Part shown: in pieces, positions 35,811 to 47,854 of the stretch
Layout: every line of letters begins with the position of its first letter
How positions within the stretch are numbered: position 1 is the first letter of the stretch
Assembly: GCA_973895155.1 (NCBI GenBank)
Contig: OZ316895.1
Location: 11,244,858-11,308,857, forward strand
Source: Marsupella aquatica
Lineage: Eukaryota; Plantae; Marchantiophyta
Direction: 5' to 3'
Length of the DNA stretch: 64,000 nucleotides
The notes under the pieces: model-generated
What the model was told of the DNA's origin: nothing
Databases searched by the model: none
The model's input: only the letters and a program-made list of their open reading frames with translations
Translations under genes and position numbers: made by a program

Positions 35811-37418
35811 CTCATTTCACCAGTCCAGCATTGATATCTTTGAGTAAACAGATGACTGATAAAAGAGCACGAGTGCAAGATACCAGTCACTTTGGTAGAG
35901 GAGGGCATGCTGCAGTAGCAAAGAGAATGGTAAACTGTCTATATCATTTTCACTATCAATTCTGTCTTGTTTGTGAATCTTGATGAAAACAGACTCTGAG
36001 TTTCTCATTCATTGTGTGTTTGAACAGAAGCAGAAGAGAGGATCAAACCCAGGTATATCTGACCTGAAAGAAAACCTTGGTAGTCAGGGCTCATTGCCAA
36101 AGGTGACAATGAGCCCATCATTGGCAAGTGCAGAAGGTCAGACTGGTAGTTTTTTGGGAGCGCAGGTGAGCCCGTCATTGGCAAGTGGGGAGGGTAAAAG
36201 CGCTAGCTTACTGGGGCAAGGATACAGACATGGATCAGCTGTGAGTATTGCCATTCCAATCTGATTTGTACATCATTTTCCATTTGATAGAGTGTTGTGT
36301 CGTTTGTTAGTTTGACAATGAGAATGTTGTGTTGGTTTGTGGTTCATTTACAGACCCCACATTCAAAAGAAGAGATCACGGCCATTGGGGCTGTCAAATT
36401 GGATGTCGATGAGTTGAAAGGCACTGTGAAGGAGTTGACAAACATGATGACTATATGGATGGCACATCACTCCAGTAATGCACAAGTTCCAACATTTGTT
36501 CCTAGTCACAGTAAGTTGACTACAGCTACCAAAGAAGGTAGTAGAAAACGATCTCTTACTTTTTCAGGTGATAATGGAGGTAAAATTCTCTATCATCTAT
36601 TCACTGTCAATTCAATGTAATTATTGTGGTGTATATATGTCATTGTATGTTTATAATGTTCTTGCATGTTCTAGTGTGATTATATGTTGCTGGTGTATAC
36701 ATGTTTGTTTATGCATTTCTCTTGTATGTGTTTTATGACAGCATCTTTAGGGGAGCCTCCTATGTCGCAGGGAAGACCAACTGACACAGCTAACAGTACT
36801 CTGAAGCAAACTGAATTGGATGTGAACCTTTTGCCATCTAAGTTGCCCAAAGAAGCCATTTCAGATGCCTTTCAGTTACCAGAGGATAAGTCAACTCAGT
36901 TGACACCAGATGTAACCCCAGAATCATCTGAGTTGCCAAAAGAAACTCCTGTTCCAAGTGAGCATGATGACACTCCATCAACTAGAAAGGGAAAGAAGAA
37001 AAGGAAGAAAGGATCTTCAGCAAATGCATCACCTGCACAGAAGAAACCAATGCAGTCTCCTAACCCCATTGCAAAGGTAAATGTGTGTTTGATTTGAGTG
37101 TTCTTCTATCTTTCAATTTCTGTTTATTGCATTTTTAACAAAATGTGTTGTTCACAGTTTGCAAGAGGAGATTTGGTGAAGATGAAGAGCATTGTGGACA
37201 ATTCCATGATAGTGGCAGAAGGTGAGGTGACAGGGCTGCCAGGAGAAGATAAGTTTCATTGTGCAGATTTTGAAAGCCCTTTCTTGCGAGTGCGTGTGAT
37301 TGAAGTGTTTGTAGATGTGGCATTGCCATTTGCCAATGCAGGGGAGAAACAGTCTAAATTATCTGATGTGAAAGGGATGAATGCCCTATGGAACTCTAGA
37401 TTGCTTAAGAAGCAATAG
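35811..37418 (+). pseudogene. 3' exons of the outer CACTA TnpA-like gene
   Basis: Continuation HFTSPALIS...FGRGG. Final exon VAEGEV...KFH....FLRVRVIEV..DVALPF...LWN (Tnp1/En/Spm-type C-terminal domain). Confidence 0.75.
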
Positions 37419-37769
37419 AAATAGCACTCTGTCAAGAAACACTAGACATGATAGAATCAGCTCTATTTTTCTATAAAACATGCAGAGTGATTGGTATGTC
37501 AGGTTGTAACAATTGACAATCTAATATTATTGATGCCAATGTAATTTTGTTTCATAAATTTGCATTGAGTTCAATAGTTACTGTGAGACTTATGAAGGTA
37601 TCTTGTATGAATGTCAATTGGATTTGTGATATATATGGAATGTTTCTTTAAGTTTTCATTCAGCAAATCCATTGAATGGCTTTATAATGTATGATTTTTG
37701 AATGACATGAAGTTTTATTTATCATGATCACTTAAATTTGAATTTCTCCAAATCATTGAATATTTCACC

Positions 37770-38480
37770 TAAATGACTGGCTAGAATGACTGATGTAATG
37801 GTCATTATCCACTAGTATCTTTGTGACCAATATGACTCAACTCTGGTCATTAAAGACATAGACTAAATGATTCAAAGAATGACATATACAATGACCGCTC
37901 TCATGGTCATTATAAACAAGTCCACTATGACTCATTTTATGTCATTCAAGATATGTCATTAATGACTAATGTGTATCTTTATGTGTCTCCTCCTAATTGA
38001 ACCACGTGTCTTAATATGACTTGTTTATATCGTAGTCATTTTGGACACGTCCAAAATGACCCAAATATATTGCCAAATGGTGAATCCTCTTTGAACCATG
38101 TGTCATTATTTGATTTGTTATATAATGTACGTCATTTTGGACAAGTCCAAAATGACCAATGTTATTTGCTTTTTTATGGCCACGTGTCATTGTGTGATTG
38201 GGTACGACGACCGTCAACGGTCAACGGCAATTGACCGTCGATGGTGATTTGTGTTGTCATTTTGGACCGTTCAGCATTTATGACCATATCATAAAAACCG
38301 TCATTTAGGATAGTATGAAATGACCACATGTTTTTAGCGTCATTTGTCCAAAAGGACCGTGACCAAAATGTCCGTTGTGACGCGTCTGGAAAGACAAGAA
38401 CGATTGCGTCATTGTTTTGTTAAAAAGACCTGATTAATAGTCATTGTTTCCGTCATAAAATACATTGTTTTCTACTAGTG
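37770..38480 (+). mobile_element. Right arm of the outer CACTA: AATGAC/GTCATT subterminal repeats and TIR
   Basis: Ends TTTTCTACTAGTG at 38480, with dense direct and inverted AATGAC repeats. The left end lies outside the window. Confidence 0.88.
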
Positions 38481-40638
38481 TGAGAGGTCTCTTTTGACAC
38501 CTCCTTCACAACGTCCTTCTTCAATTTTCTGGAACGGCTTCTATCAACAATTGGTGCAACACCAAGGCAAGCCTGCTCCATCGCCTCACACCCGGCCTGC
38601 ACTGCTTCGAGGCTGGGCATTTTTGATTCAGAAATATAAAACTCTGGGACTAACCCACGATTTATCTTCTGCAAAGCAAGCTTCTCTGTCCCATCAAATG
38701 TCAGTGACCAATTCTCTGAATCTAAGTACCATGGACAGTGTAAAACCTCCCATTCACTCATCTTCCGGAGTGGCTCAACGTCCTCACAAGGGTACATTGA
38801 GTAGTCGCCACATTTTTGATTTCCTAAATTGTCAGTCACGTATTCGGCCCACTGGGAGAAACACGCAGGGTAACACCACCAGAATGCTCGATTGGCCACC
38901 TCCCGGTCAACAAAAAATTGGTATACATATCTTTTTGCCCTTCTCCAAAATGCAACAATATCTATCTTTTCCCCTACTTTTGGGGCTCAAATGCTCTTGA
39001 AAAACCTGGATTTAACTCGTTGCAAAAAGTCCTCAAACTCATCACTAATATCAAGAACAAGTGATGCCTTGTTCTTCTCTGAGGCTGAAAGAACTCGAGA
39101 TTCAGGGACACTTAGAATGATTTCTGAAACAGCTTCGGACAAAAGAGATCTAGCAATCGACTCTACTTGTTCCCACGTAGCCCACCTGTGCAACCAGAGT
39201 TTAGTCTCACTATCTGAGAATTGCCCAAGATGAAAATATTGCTTCCGTAGCTCGGGCTTGCACTGCGCTTCAAGTAGATTGCAACAAAGCAGTGGGCTGA
39301 GAGATGTTACCCCGGTAAAAAGCCTCGCTCAATCAAGACCACATGAGACATTGCCTCTCCCTTTATCATCAGTCCTTTGTGCTTCCTTCCGTTCTTTCTC
39401 ACAATAGTTGTGCATCTCCACACATTTCTGAAAGAAATCCCCGAATTCGGGATTGAGAAGAGGAGCAATTTTTGGAACTTTAACATTCCAATCAGATAGT
39501 TGCTCCTTCATCATTTCTTGTAGAGCAGTGTCCTTCGCAGCTTTTGACAAAGGTTCTCCAAGATCCTCCTTGAGAGAAAACTTCTTCTGCAAATCTGCAG
39601 TCTGGGAAGCTATATTTGCAGCTGATAGAATGTAAATACAAGCATCTAGGGTCATATTTTTTGAATACCATGAGGGTTTCTTCACATTTTGCATCTTTTG
39701 TTGGAACAACTAGAAATTGTCTGCATCAATCAAATCCTTGTAGACCGACAAGTCCGGGTTCAGTATCTTCTGGACACGATCTGCTTCTAGGACCCATGAA
39801 TTCTCAACGTGGCATTGAGTGAGCCTGCCAATGAACAAAAGTATCAAAGATGTTTTGAGTACAAATCAGAGATAAGAAAACCCGAACTGTGAAGTGACAG
39901 ACAGCATTGAATCAATCAGAACAGATCCGGTGCTCACCGGTTCAGGGCATGCATTGCAGATTCAATCTACACAAACATGTCTTTCTCCCCTTTGAAAATC
40001 TTGGTGACAACACGAGGATGATATTTGATATCATGTGGGTTCTCGATGGCCAGCAGATTCCACGAGTACAGACGATGATTACCATCAAAAACATGAAACA
40101 TTTTGTCCTTCAATACAGCAAAGTCTGGATGAGAATCGCACTCTCTCTCGAAATCTTCGTTCTGCAACGCCCATATCGGATCCCAACCCATTCGAATGGT
40201 GTCATTGATGAACTGAACCTCACCATTCTCGTTCGTCATCTGAACGTAAAACCTGGGCGCGTCCTCAATGTAACCCTGATCTCGAAACTCATTCTTGAGC
40301 GTTTTGATTGCATTGGAATTAGTCTGTAGCGACCTGACAAGCTGCATGTTTTGCATCCTACATAGTGGAATTCGAGGGGGAACAAGGGGATACCCAAATT
40401 CATTTGGCCCAAAGTGGTAGAGGTGATGGTTGATCACCACAGAGAACGGTTCTGACTTAGAAGACTCCATCGGTGGTGGCAAAATATCCATTGGATCAAC
40501 AAGTTTCCTTCGACGAGGTGTCTTCAAACCCGAAGCTAGTGCCTTGTTGGTAGTCAAAGACCTTGTCTCTCGACGTTGAGAAGCTGCAGGCTGTGAAGCT
40601 TGAGAAGAGATAGACTCTGGTGATGCAAAATTTGCCAT
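38481..40638 (-). pseudogene. ParB-like gene copy 2, 5' two-thirds (cut by CACTA insertion before the MTase exons)
   Basis: PPRIPLCRM..VRSLQ, KDKMFHVFDGNHRLYSW, SWYSKNMTL, PLLNPEFGDF and SEWEVLHCPWYLD all align with 14349-16497. Frameshifted. Confidence 0.8.
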
Positions 40639-40661
40639 CGGCTGATAAAGAAAATGGAAGG

Positions 40662-42664
40662 TGTAATGCTGTACATTAGTTAGAAATGATGGAAATTTTA
40701 TAAATTTTAAACTTTTTCTAACTCAAGGTACAATCTAGTTACCTTTTGTAGCAATTTAGATCAACCGAACACTTTACCTAATGTTATGCTTCATCGGAGG
40801 CTATTGCCTATATTGGACAAGGATCGTCAATATAAATCCTTGCTCTTTACATGCTACCAAGAAAGAAGACTGGACATCATTGGAGAAGCAATGCAGACTA
40901 GAAGATTCAAGAACCGGACTCCAAAACATTTTTTCAACAAGAATGAGCTCTATATACAATTATCACAATCAGCCGATCTCTGCTATTTTAGTTAAATAAC
41001 TATCATGGTCAGAAAAGTCTCATACTTTTTCAGGAGGTAGTAGTTGCGTAGTAGAATCATCCTTGCAAGTTTCATCTCAAACCGACATGTGGTTTGAAAG
41101 TTAGAATTAATTTAGTTTTGCTGTTTTTCGCATAGCCGCGACTTCGCCGACGCTTTGTGAAGCGTCCCTTGTATTTTTGGACGCTTTGGAAAGCGTCCAC
41201 CCAAGATCACGACGCTTTTTGAAGCGTCCACCACCCAACCAGTTGTACTCCGACGCTTTGCAATCCACATGAGGAGCGACGCCCACAGAAGTATCTGCTA
41301 CCCCGGCAGCGACATCGACACTGCGACGCCCACTGAAGCGTCGCACCCGAAGACCAGAAGACGGACGCTGCGACCAAAACCTCAAAATTCAGCCGACGCT
41401 TTCTGAAGCGTCCACAAAAGTCCTTTGTAGTTTTGGACGCTTTCTGAAGCGTCCACTATGCTCCCGACACTTAGAAAAGTTTTCGCACTTTTATAACACC
41501 GTGCCACTTTCACCGATTTATTTGAGGCACTTAGAGACCTCAGAGAAGTCTGAAACTTTGTCAGCATAGAGACTATATGTAGTAGAGTACCCTAGAAAAG
41601 TTTCAACTCATTCCGACTTTTAGTTTAGAAGTTAAAATTAGATTAAAATCACTGTTTATTAGTTTTACCGCAAACACCGACGCTTTGCAAAGCGTCCGCT
41701 CAAACCTCGACGCTTTGAGAAGCGTCCCCTGCATTTTTGACACTTTCAGCAGTGTCCATTCACTTTTCAAGGATGACCGTCATTAAGTTTATTCAAGACC
41801 CTTTAGATATGAAAGGGCATATCCTTTCAGTATCTCAGTCTCCTTGGGTTCCTGCTAGCCTATATGAAGTAGAATTTGTGTCATTTTCAAGTGTGAAGAA
41901 ATAAAGTAGTGCCTGTGGCATGTGCTGCAGACTGGAATCACCTTTGCTTGCAAATGCAAAAGGAATTCTTCTCCCTTCCTTGGTCTGAATGATTGAGAGT
42001 TTAGATCATTGAAGTAAAATTACTTGTATGAAGTTGAATCTCAGAAGTATGAGGGAATAGATTCCTTAAGTGGTGACAACCCATCTTCTTGAGTTCTTGA
42101 TGCATAGTTTTTGGCATGACATTGCTTGTGCACGGATGCAAAGATTGTTACTCACCAATTACCTGTGACTTCAATTTGATCATGATGGTGTTTATTATTT
42201 GTGACTCAGAGTACCGACTGGATATCGAAGTGATTGATTACTAGTTTCTTCTGAGTACCTTTGGAAGGAAAAGTTGAGACGTGTTGACGGCATTTTAGTA
42301 ATCATCCTAGTATAGTAAACCATTCCAGAAATGTTCTTACGGATATACCACCAGAATCACATCAAATGAAGTATTGATGAGAAGTTACCTTGGTGTTTTC
42401 CAGACTCCCTCATCATACCTCAAGATTTCATTGTGTTTTGTTATTTGTTTCCATTTTATTAATTGCATTTACAATGTTAAGCAAACATTCAAATCTATGC
42501 CTTGCTGAGCAACCATAGTAAAAGGCTCAAACCTGTGTTTTTGTTACCTTAGTCATTCATAAGTGTTAAACGATAGAAAATCATTCCTTTCTTGTTCTTC
42601 CATGGGATCGAATACCGAGTTTTGGATATTAAATGTTGATTTATGTCCTTAGTACAATACTACA
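40662..42664. mobile_element. Solo LTR (2003 bp) of a second family (B)
   Basis: Imperfect terminal inverted repeat TGTAATGCTGTAC...GTACAATACTACA. 5-bp TSD GAAGG at 40657-40661 and 42665-42669. Confidence 0.85.
41149..41756. repeat. Array of ~10 palindromes GACGCTT-N4-AAGCGTC inside LTR B
   Basis: For example gacgctttgtgaagcgtc, gacgctttggaaagcgtc, gacgctttctgaagcgtc (x2), gacgctttgcaaagcgtc, gacgctttgagaagcgtc. Confidence 0.9.
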
Positions 42665-42718
42665 GAAGGGAGTAACACACGAACGAAGCGTTGCAGCGAG
42701 TACGGTGACTTCTAATTG

Positions 42719-42856
42719 GTATCCAAAGTCAAATTAGAGGGAGTATCCAAAGTCTCATTCGAGAGAGTATCCAAAGTAAAGTGGAGGACGACGACCGAGA
42801 TTAGCGAAGGACCAAGCTGGGAATCCAAAGTTGGATTAGAGGGAGAATCCTAAGTA
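42719..42856 (+). repeat. Short repeats (G)AGTATCCAAAGT x5 in the divergent promoter of MULE copy 2
   Basis: gtatccaaagt x3 at about 24-bp spacing, then gaatccaaagt and gaatcctaagt. Confidence 0.7.
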
Positions 42857-43191
42857 ATCCACATACTATGAACTGGGTATCTGACATTGACAGGGAATAA
42901 TCCAACGTCCCTCACAGATGGCAATAAAAAAACGCAAGTCTCTTTTAAACATCATCGGTTGAAGTTGGAACGTCATGAATACTGAGCAACTAGAATATTA
43001 ACCGTAATATTCAGCATTAACCCCCATGCGACGTTCCCTTTAGAGGTTGTTAACGGGAAACTATCAATTTTAACGTTGACCAACCTTCTATTTTACCGTT
43101 GGGTTTCCGTTGGGAAAGACTTATGAGTAAACCATACCCATATATTTCCGGGTCATTATAGTTTGAGATGTTAGCCAGCGAGATCGCTATC

Positions 43192-46100
43192 TGTCATGCC
43201 TAGACAGGAATCACTCGGCTAGTTAAGTAGGTAAAGCAGGAAGGCACCCTAGGAACACCTTAGTATAGGGACAAAACAAGGAAAATATAAACCATTAGGG
43301 GCAACCATGGAACCCGGGCCGAGGCCGGAGGTAAGGACGCTGAGGGTGAAAACTCGATTAGGGTTAGGGCGCGTTAAGCGTCGGCGGCTAGGAAGGATCA
43401 ACGGGAAGAAGGACCGGCAGAGGAGAGGGGTAAGGAGCGCTTGCAGGAGATGGTGGCTCATTTGCGAGCACGAACCAAGCAGACGACTACGGGAGGCCAA
43501 CTACTGTCAGCTGCTTAGGCAAGCACTCGGGGAGAGAGTAGATACCGACGATCGACCTAAGGAGGGTATGAGCAACGTCAATCAAGCGACACATTTCTGG
43601 GGATGCCTGTTCGAACGGGCAACTGAGTACATCAAGACTTACGAGGACGAGGAATCAGAAAGGGCAGCTCGAGAACGGCAGGAGCTCGCTCGATTGTGGG
43701 AGCTGCAGAAGATGGCTTTTCTAGGAGGCGAACTCATCAAGGACGAGTTCCTGTGGATGCCTACTTCCAATCAACTCGACGATCTTCTGTTTTGCAAAGA
43801 CAGCATCGTCGGCATCCGAGAGGCCATCAAGAACTGCAACGACATACACTGGGAATTAAAGGGTAGCACGGAAAGGTGGACCCAGGCAACGGTACTAGGA
43901 GAAACCTCCACGGCAGCAGAGATGAAGAGGAAGGGAGCCGTCAACGATGAAGCCACCCCGGCAAAAAGAACGAGGTCGGCGGCACCAAAGAAGCCAGCCG
44001 AGCAGCAGAGCAGGAGGCAGGGAGAAGCCGAAGAGGAGGAGGTCGATCCCATCAAGGCCATTCCAACCAGGGATGACACCTGGAAGGGCTGGGCGGCAAC
44101 CCTACCGGTGGAGGTGCAACTACATTTTGCACGGGAGGAGGATGCATGCTTTACGGCCATGCAGACCAAGAAGTACCAAGGCTTCATGGCCGGATCCGAC
44201 TTGGAGGCCTTTGTAAGATTACCATGGCTGAAGCCGGAGGTACCGGAGTCAGACCTATTAGAATTCGTGGGGTCATGGGAACCCGAGACCAATTGCACGA
44301 GGATATATGGGAAGGATTTCTATCTTACTCCCAAGGTGATTGCCGAAGTGTTTGGCTTGCCGATGGGCAATAAGACCAAAGTTGATACCAGGAAGACCTT
44401 GCCTGACAAGGAGTTCCGGTCGTTCCCCGGGCCATCAACGAAGAATGGCTTCTTCCGGAACACCTGCACCAACCCGCACATAGGAGAGATGATCGACTTC
44501 TTGCGGGTGACCATGCATTGTAACTTGCCGAGGGCAGAGATCGGCAAGGCACAGGTCTATCTGGCAGAAAGGCCAGACCCAAGCCGGGACTACAACGGGT
44601 ACCTCCTCAACCAATTGAAGAAGATCTTAAAGGAGGAGCAGCAGGTAATCGGCATGGGGAGCGTGTCGCGGCTTGGCTATCACATGCCGCTGTTGTGCCG
44701 GTATGCCAGAGGTCAGACTTTTGCCCCGGTACTTCCCCTGCAGGTAAGGGCACCCGAGGAAGCTCCAACGCCAAGGCCGTTGGCTGAGAAGCCTCAACCA
44801 CCTGTTAGCCCTACGATCGATCAGGTGTTTAGGCCCAGGAAGGAGGACTTGCCGATGCAGCAACCAGGCATGCAGAGTCTGCTGAAACTACTGGAGAAAG
44901 AAAAGAAATCGGCATCGGCAACAACAACGGCAACGGCAACAATGCAGGACACTACTACAGAGGTAGGCCTACACCGGCTCACAAGAGAAAACCCCTTTGC
45001 TGGAGACAAGGAGAGAATCAGGCCTGAATCCAAGCCAGGTGTTCGAATGTATGTGGGAATCTCAAGCTCCAAATCTGAGGCAGAATTGCCTGAAGCTCCT
45101 ACCGACGAAGAGGAGAGGGAGAAGCCGGACGGCCACGAAGTAGAGGAGGCAGTGGAGGACTGCAGCCATGATAATTCCGGCTATGGGTCGGACCATCACG
45201 TCCCAGGAGTAAGGACCTGTGGCCGGTTTGTCCCCACACTTCCAAGGGTAGTGCGAGGGGACCCCAACCAGCAGAGTAGCCCTGAGTCTCCCCCACCAGA
45301 TGTTGCTCCCCCGAGCTTCGACGGCATAAAACAGACGGTGCAGGAATTTCAGGAGCGAATCAAGCAGGAAGAGGAGGCAGCCTTGGCTAGGGAAAAGGAT
45401 TTACCAGGAGGAGATTGGCCGGAGGACATCAGGCGGCTAGCCAAAAAAGGAAGCAAACCTCTAGCCACGATTGAAGAGATCCGCAAGACGGCTTGGGAGC
45501 AGAGGCCGCGATGGGCGATGCCGATCACTTCTACTTACTCCACCTACGCTAAGAATAGAGCCATGGAGTATGGTGAGATGTGTGGGGAACTTGCGCTCGG
45601 GATCTTTGGAGAGGAGTTGGAGGTAGGACCCTTTTTCCATAGGGAGCAATTGGAGAAGCACCAATTAGAAGAAGCGGTGGCTTTAGAGAGAAGCAAGAAG
45701 GACGAGGTCATTCGGCGGCTTAGGAGGATGGAAGCCAAGATTGAAGATCTAAGGGCGGCCAAGAAAGCCCAAGATGAACTGCGGATTAAACGACATGAGC
45801 TGAACATCATGCAGGGGCAGTTGGACACCGCGCAGGCTGATAATCAGAATATCAAGGATAAACTAACTCAGACGCAGGGAGAGTTGGCCGACACGATCAA
45901 AGAGAGGGAGAAGTGGAAGCAAGAGCTGAAGAATACAGAGGAGGCCCACATAACAGCCAACAGCCGGGCCATGGCGGAGACCCAAAGAAAGGAATGGGCG
46001 TTGAAGGGGGAGCTCGAGAAAATCCGCGGAGCCCTTGAGCAGAAGGAGGCCGAGTTAGGGAAATCCTATCAAGGGATTATGGCGCTGCAGCAGGAGCTTG

Positions 46101-47854
46101 CGTCCCTGACGGCCAGCTTCAAGGCCGACCTAAGGGAGAAGGATGAAATGCTCGAACAGACTTACGCCAAGATGAACCAGATGGAGTCTGTCATCATTGC
46201 AGAGCTCGACAAGGAGCTAAGAGCAACCCAGGAGGAGAGGACTACCTTGAAACAAGAACGGGAGGAAGCCCAGAAGGAACTAGAGGAGGCACGCAAGGAC
46301 CTGGATGAGACCCAGGAGGAGTTGGAGGAAATCATGAGGAAGATGGAGAACCTCCAACGGCGGGCTGACAACCAAACGGAGCGGCTGAAGAAACAAGCCG
46401 CAGTATTTAAGTGCTTGTCTTCATCAGGCCCAACTCCAATTGGGGCAACCAAGTTACCAGGAGTGGTACTGGCCGAAGAAAAAGCCGCGCCACCTGCATC
46501 AGTGCCGGAAGTAAGTGGGAAAGGGAAGGGACCAGCTGCCGAACCAAAAAAGAAGAAGAAGCGGAAACCTTCAGGGTCAAGGAGTAATCCGACTCCACAA
46601 GCCGTGGTGACCAAGGAGGTAGAACCAGCACCATCCTCCGGCATGAATACGGCAATAGATCCCGCTATCATCACAGGTGGGGGTGGTGCGGCCCAAGCCG
46701 AACTACTCAGTAATGAGGCCGGTATCCCAGATCCGCCTCTTGAGCAGGCCGGGGAGACCGTAGCCGAGGCTGAGGCCGTAACCGGTTCCCGAGCCGATGC
46801 CGACGCCGATGGTGGACCCAGTCAGGCCGATGGAGAGTTGACTCAGTCAAGGGCAGGTAATCTGTCAGAGAATGAACCTACGGCAGTGGCTGAGGAGGAA
46901 GCGTTGGGGGCGTCCATTAAGGATCCACCACCGGTGTCGTGACGGTGCAAGGGCGCCGTTCCTTTTAGGGAGGGCGGACGTGGAGGGAGGAGGCGTGAGT
47001 GGGCAGGGCGGGCGCTGATCTCCAAGTTTAGGATTAGGATCAGGACCAGGAGCGGCCCTGACACTTAGCTTAGTGGGATTGCGGTTCCACTGGTAGGAGC
47101 AACACTTGTGCTCCTACCTTGCTGTACATAGGTAGATTCGGGCAAGTAGATTATTGTTAGGTAGATTAGGCTTACGATGCAAAGAATGGCGGATCCACTA
47201 CCAGGATAAGTACCTGGGCAGCGGGGAGCTCAGGGCCTCTTCTTTAGCAAGTTTTTAGTTTGCACCAGCCGGGCTGGGATCAAGTAGTACGAGAAGCTCT
47301 CGGTTAGTCATACAGTGACCCTTGTGTATATTCATGTTTCCTCATGCCTAAGAGCTGAATAGAGTTGGCCTCACGGCTTAGTTCGCAGAACTTGTGTATG
47401 AGATGTACTGTTTGTATGGCAAGTGCATGGTATGACTCAGTCAGAATGAGTCATTTTGCTATTTGTGTGTCGCATTAACTTGTGTGAAGAGTGCCCACAT
47501 CAACCAGAAGGAAGGGAAGTAAGCAGGGGAGTGAGAGTTGGATGTGTCGAGCTGAGAGAGGTCTTAGCGGCTTAACCAAGCCTATTGGGGATCATTCCGG
47601 CGGCGGAATCCAAACATACCTAACAAGACGGAGGGGAAGACAGGGGAAGGCCTAGATTAGGCCGGCTACGTATCTCATGACCCGATGAAGGATCTGTCCA
47701 GTATATGTGTGTAAAATGTTAATAGTAGTAGTAGAAGGTTAGCAGCGTCCCATGCCGCTAAGCCGCGGAAACAGCCTCGCCAAGCGCGAAACCTGCGGGA
47801 ATCGGCTTGAGCTGGGGGGTTTCTTGGGTTTAGGGAGCCATGGGACGCACCACA
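43192..47854 (+). mobile_element. Solo LTR (4663 bp) of Gypsy family A, ORF-bearing
   Basis: TGTCATGCCTAGAC...GGGACGCACCACA. TSD CTATC at 43187-43191 and 47855-47859. Confidence 0.95.
43307..46942 (+). CDS. Intact 1211-aa LTR-encoded protein (basic N-terminus, plant-transposon-type globular domain, long coiled coil, KKKKRK NLS-like motif, acidic tail)
   Basis: Uninterrupted ORF wholly inside the LTR. Motif I.GKDFYLTPKVIAEVFGLP. Heptad-rich region of about 270 aa. Confidence 0.85.
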   Translation: MEPGPRPEVRTLRVKTRLGLGRVKRRRLGRINGKKDRQRRGVRSACRRWWLICEHEPSRRLREANYCQLLRQALGERVDTDDRPKEGMSNVNQATHFWGCLFERATEYIKTYEDEESERAARERQELARLWELQKMAFLGGELIKDEFLWMPTSNQLDDLLFCKDSIVGIREAIKNCNDIHWELKGSTERWTQATVLGETSTAAEMKRKGAVNDEATPAKRTRSAAPKKPAEQQSRRQGEAEEEEVDPIKAIPTRDDTWKGWAATLPVEVQLHFAREEDACFTAMQTKKYQGFMAGSDLEAFVRLPWLKPEVPESDLLEFVGSWEPETNCTRIYGKDFYLTPKVIAEVFGLPMGNKTKVDTRKTLPDKEFRSFPGPSTKNGFFRNTCTNPHIGEMIDFLRVTMHCNLPRAEIGKAQVYLAERPDPSRDYNGYLLNQLKKILKEEQQVIGMGSVSRLGYHMPLLCRYARGQTFAPVLPLQVRAPEEAPTPRPLAEKPQPPVSPTIDQVFRPRKEDLPMQQPGMQSLLKLLEKEKKSASATTTATATMQDTTTEVGLHRLTRENPFAGDKERIRPESKPGVRMYVGISSSKSEAELPEAPTDEEEREKPDGHEVEEAVEDCSHDNSGYGSDHHVPGVRTCGRFVPTLPRVVRGDPNQQSSPESPPPDVAPPSFDGIKQTVQEFQERIKQEEEAALAREKDLPGGDWPEDIRRLAKKGSKPLATIEEIRKTAWEQRPRWAMPITSTYSTYAKNRAMEYGEMCGELALGIFGEELEVGPFFHREQLEKHQLEEAVALERSKKDEVIRRLRRMEAKIEDLRAAKKAQDELRIKRHELNIMQGQLDTAQADNQNIKDKLTQTQGELADTIKEREKWKQELKNTEEAHITANSRAMAETQRKEWALKGELEKIRGALEQKEAELGKSYQGIMALQQELASLTASFKADLREKDEMLEQTYAKMNQMESVIIAELDKELRATQEERTTLKQEREEAQKELEEARKDLDETQEELEEIMRKMENLQRRADNQTERLKKQAAVFKCLSSSGPTPIGATKLPGVVLAEEKAAPPASVPEVSGKGKGPAAEPKKKKKRKPSGSRSNPTPQAVVTKEVEPAPSSGMNTAIDPAIITGGGGAAQAELLSNEAGIPDPPLEQAGETVAEAEAVTGSRADADADGGPSQADGELTQSRAGNLSENEPTAVAEEEALGASIKDPPPVS

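Noticed and set aside
37810-37820. Extra CACTAG motifs (also 16541 and 55501) as CACTA termini
   Set aside because: No extended TIR match, partner end or TSD.
41149-41756. CRISPR-like array of palindromic repeats
   Set aside because: Spacing is irregular, the repeats are only 18 bp and degenerate, there are no cas genes, and the array lies inside a TSD-flanked LTR.
43307-46942. Host SMC/myosin gene or retroviral env
   Set aside because: No ATPase motifs, signal peptide or transmembrane segment seen. The ORF is intronless and entirely within LTR termini.
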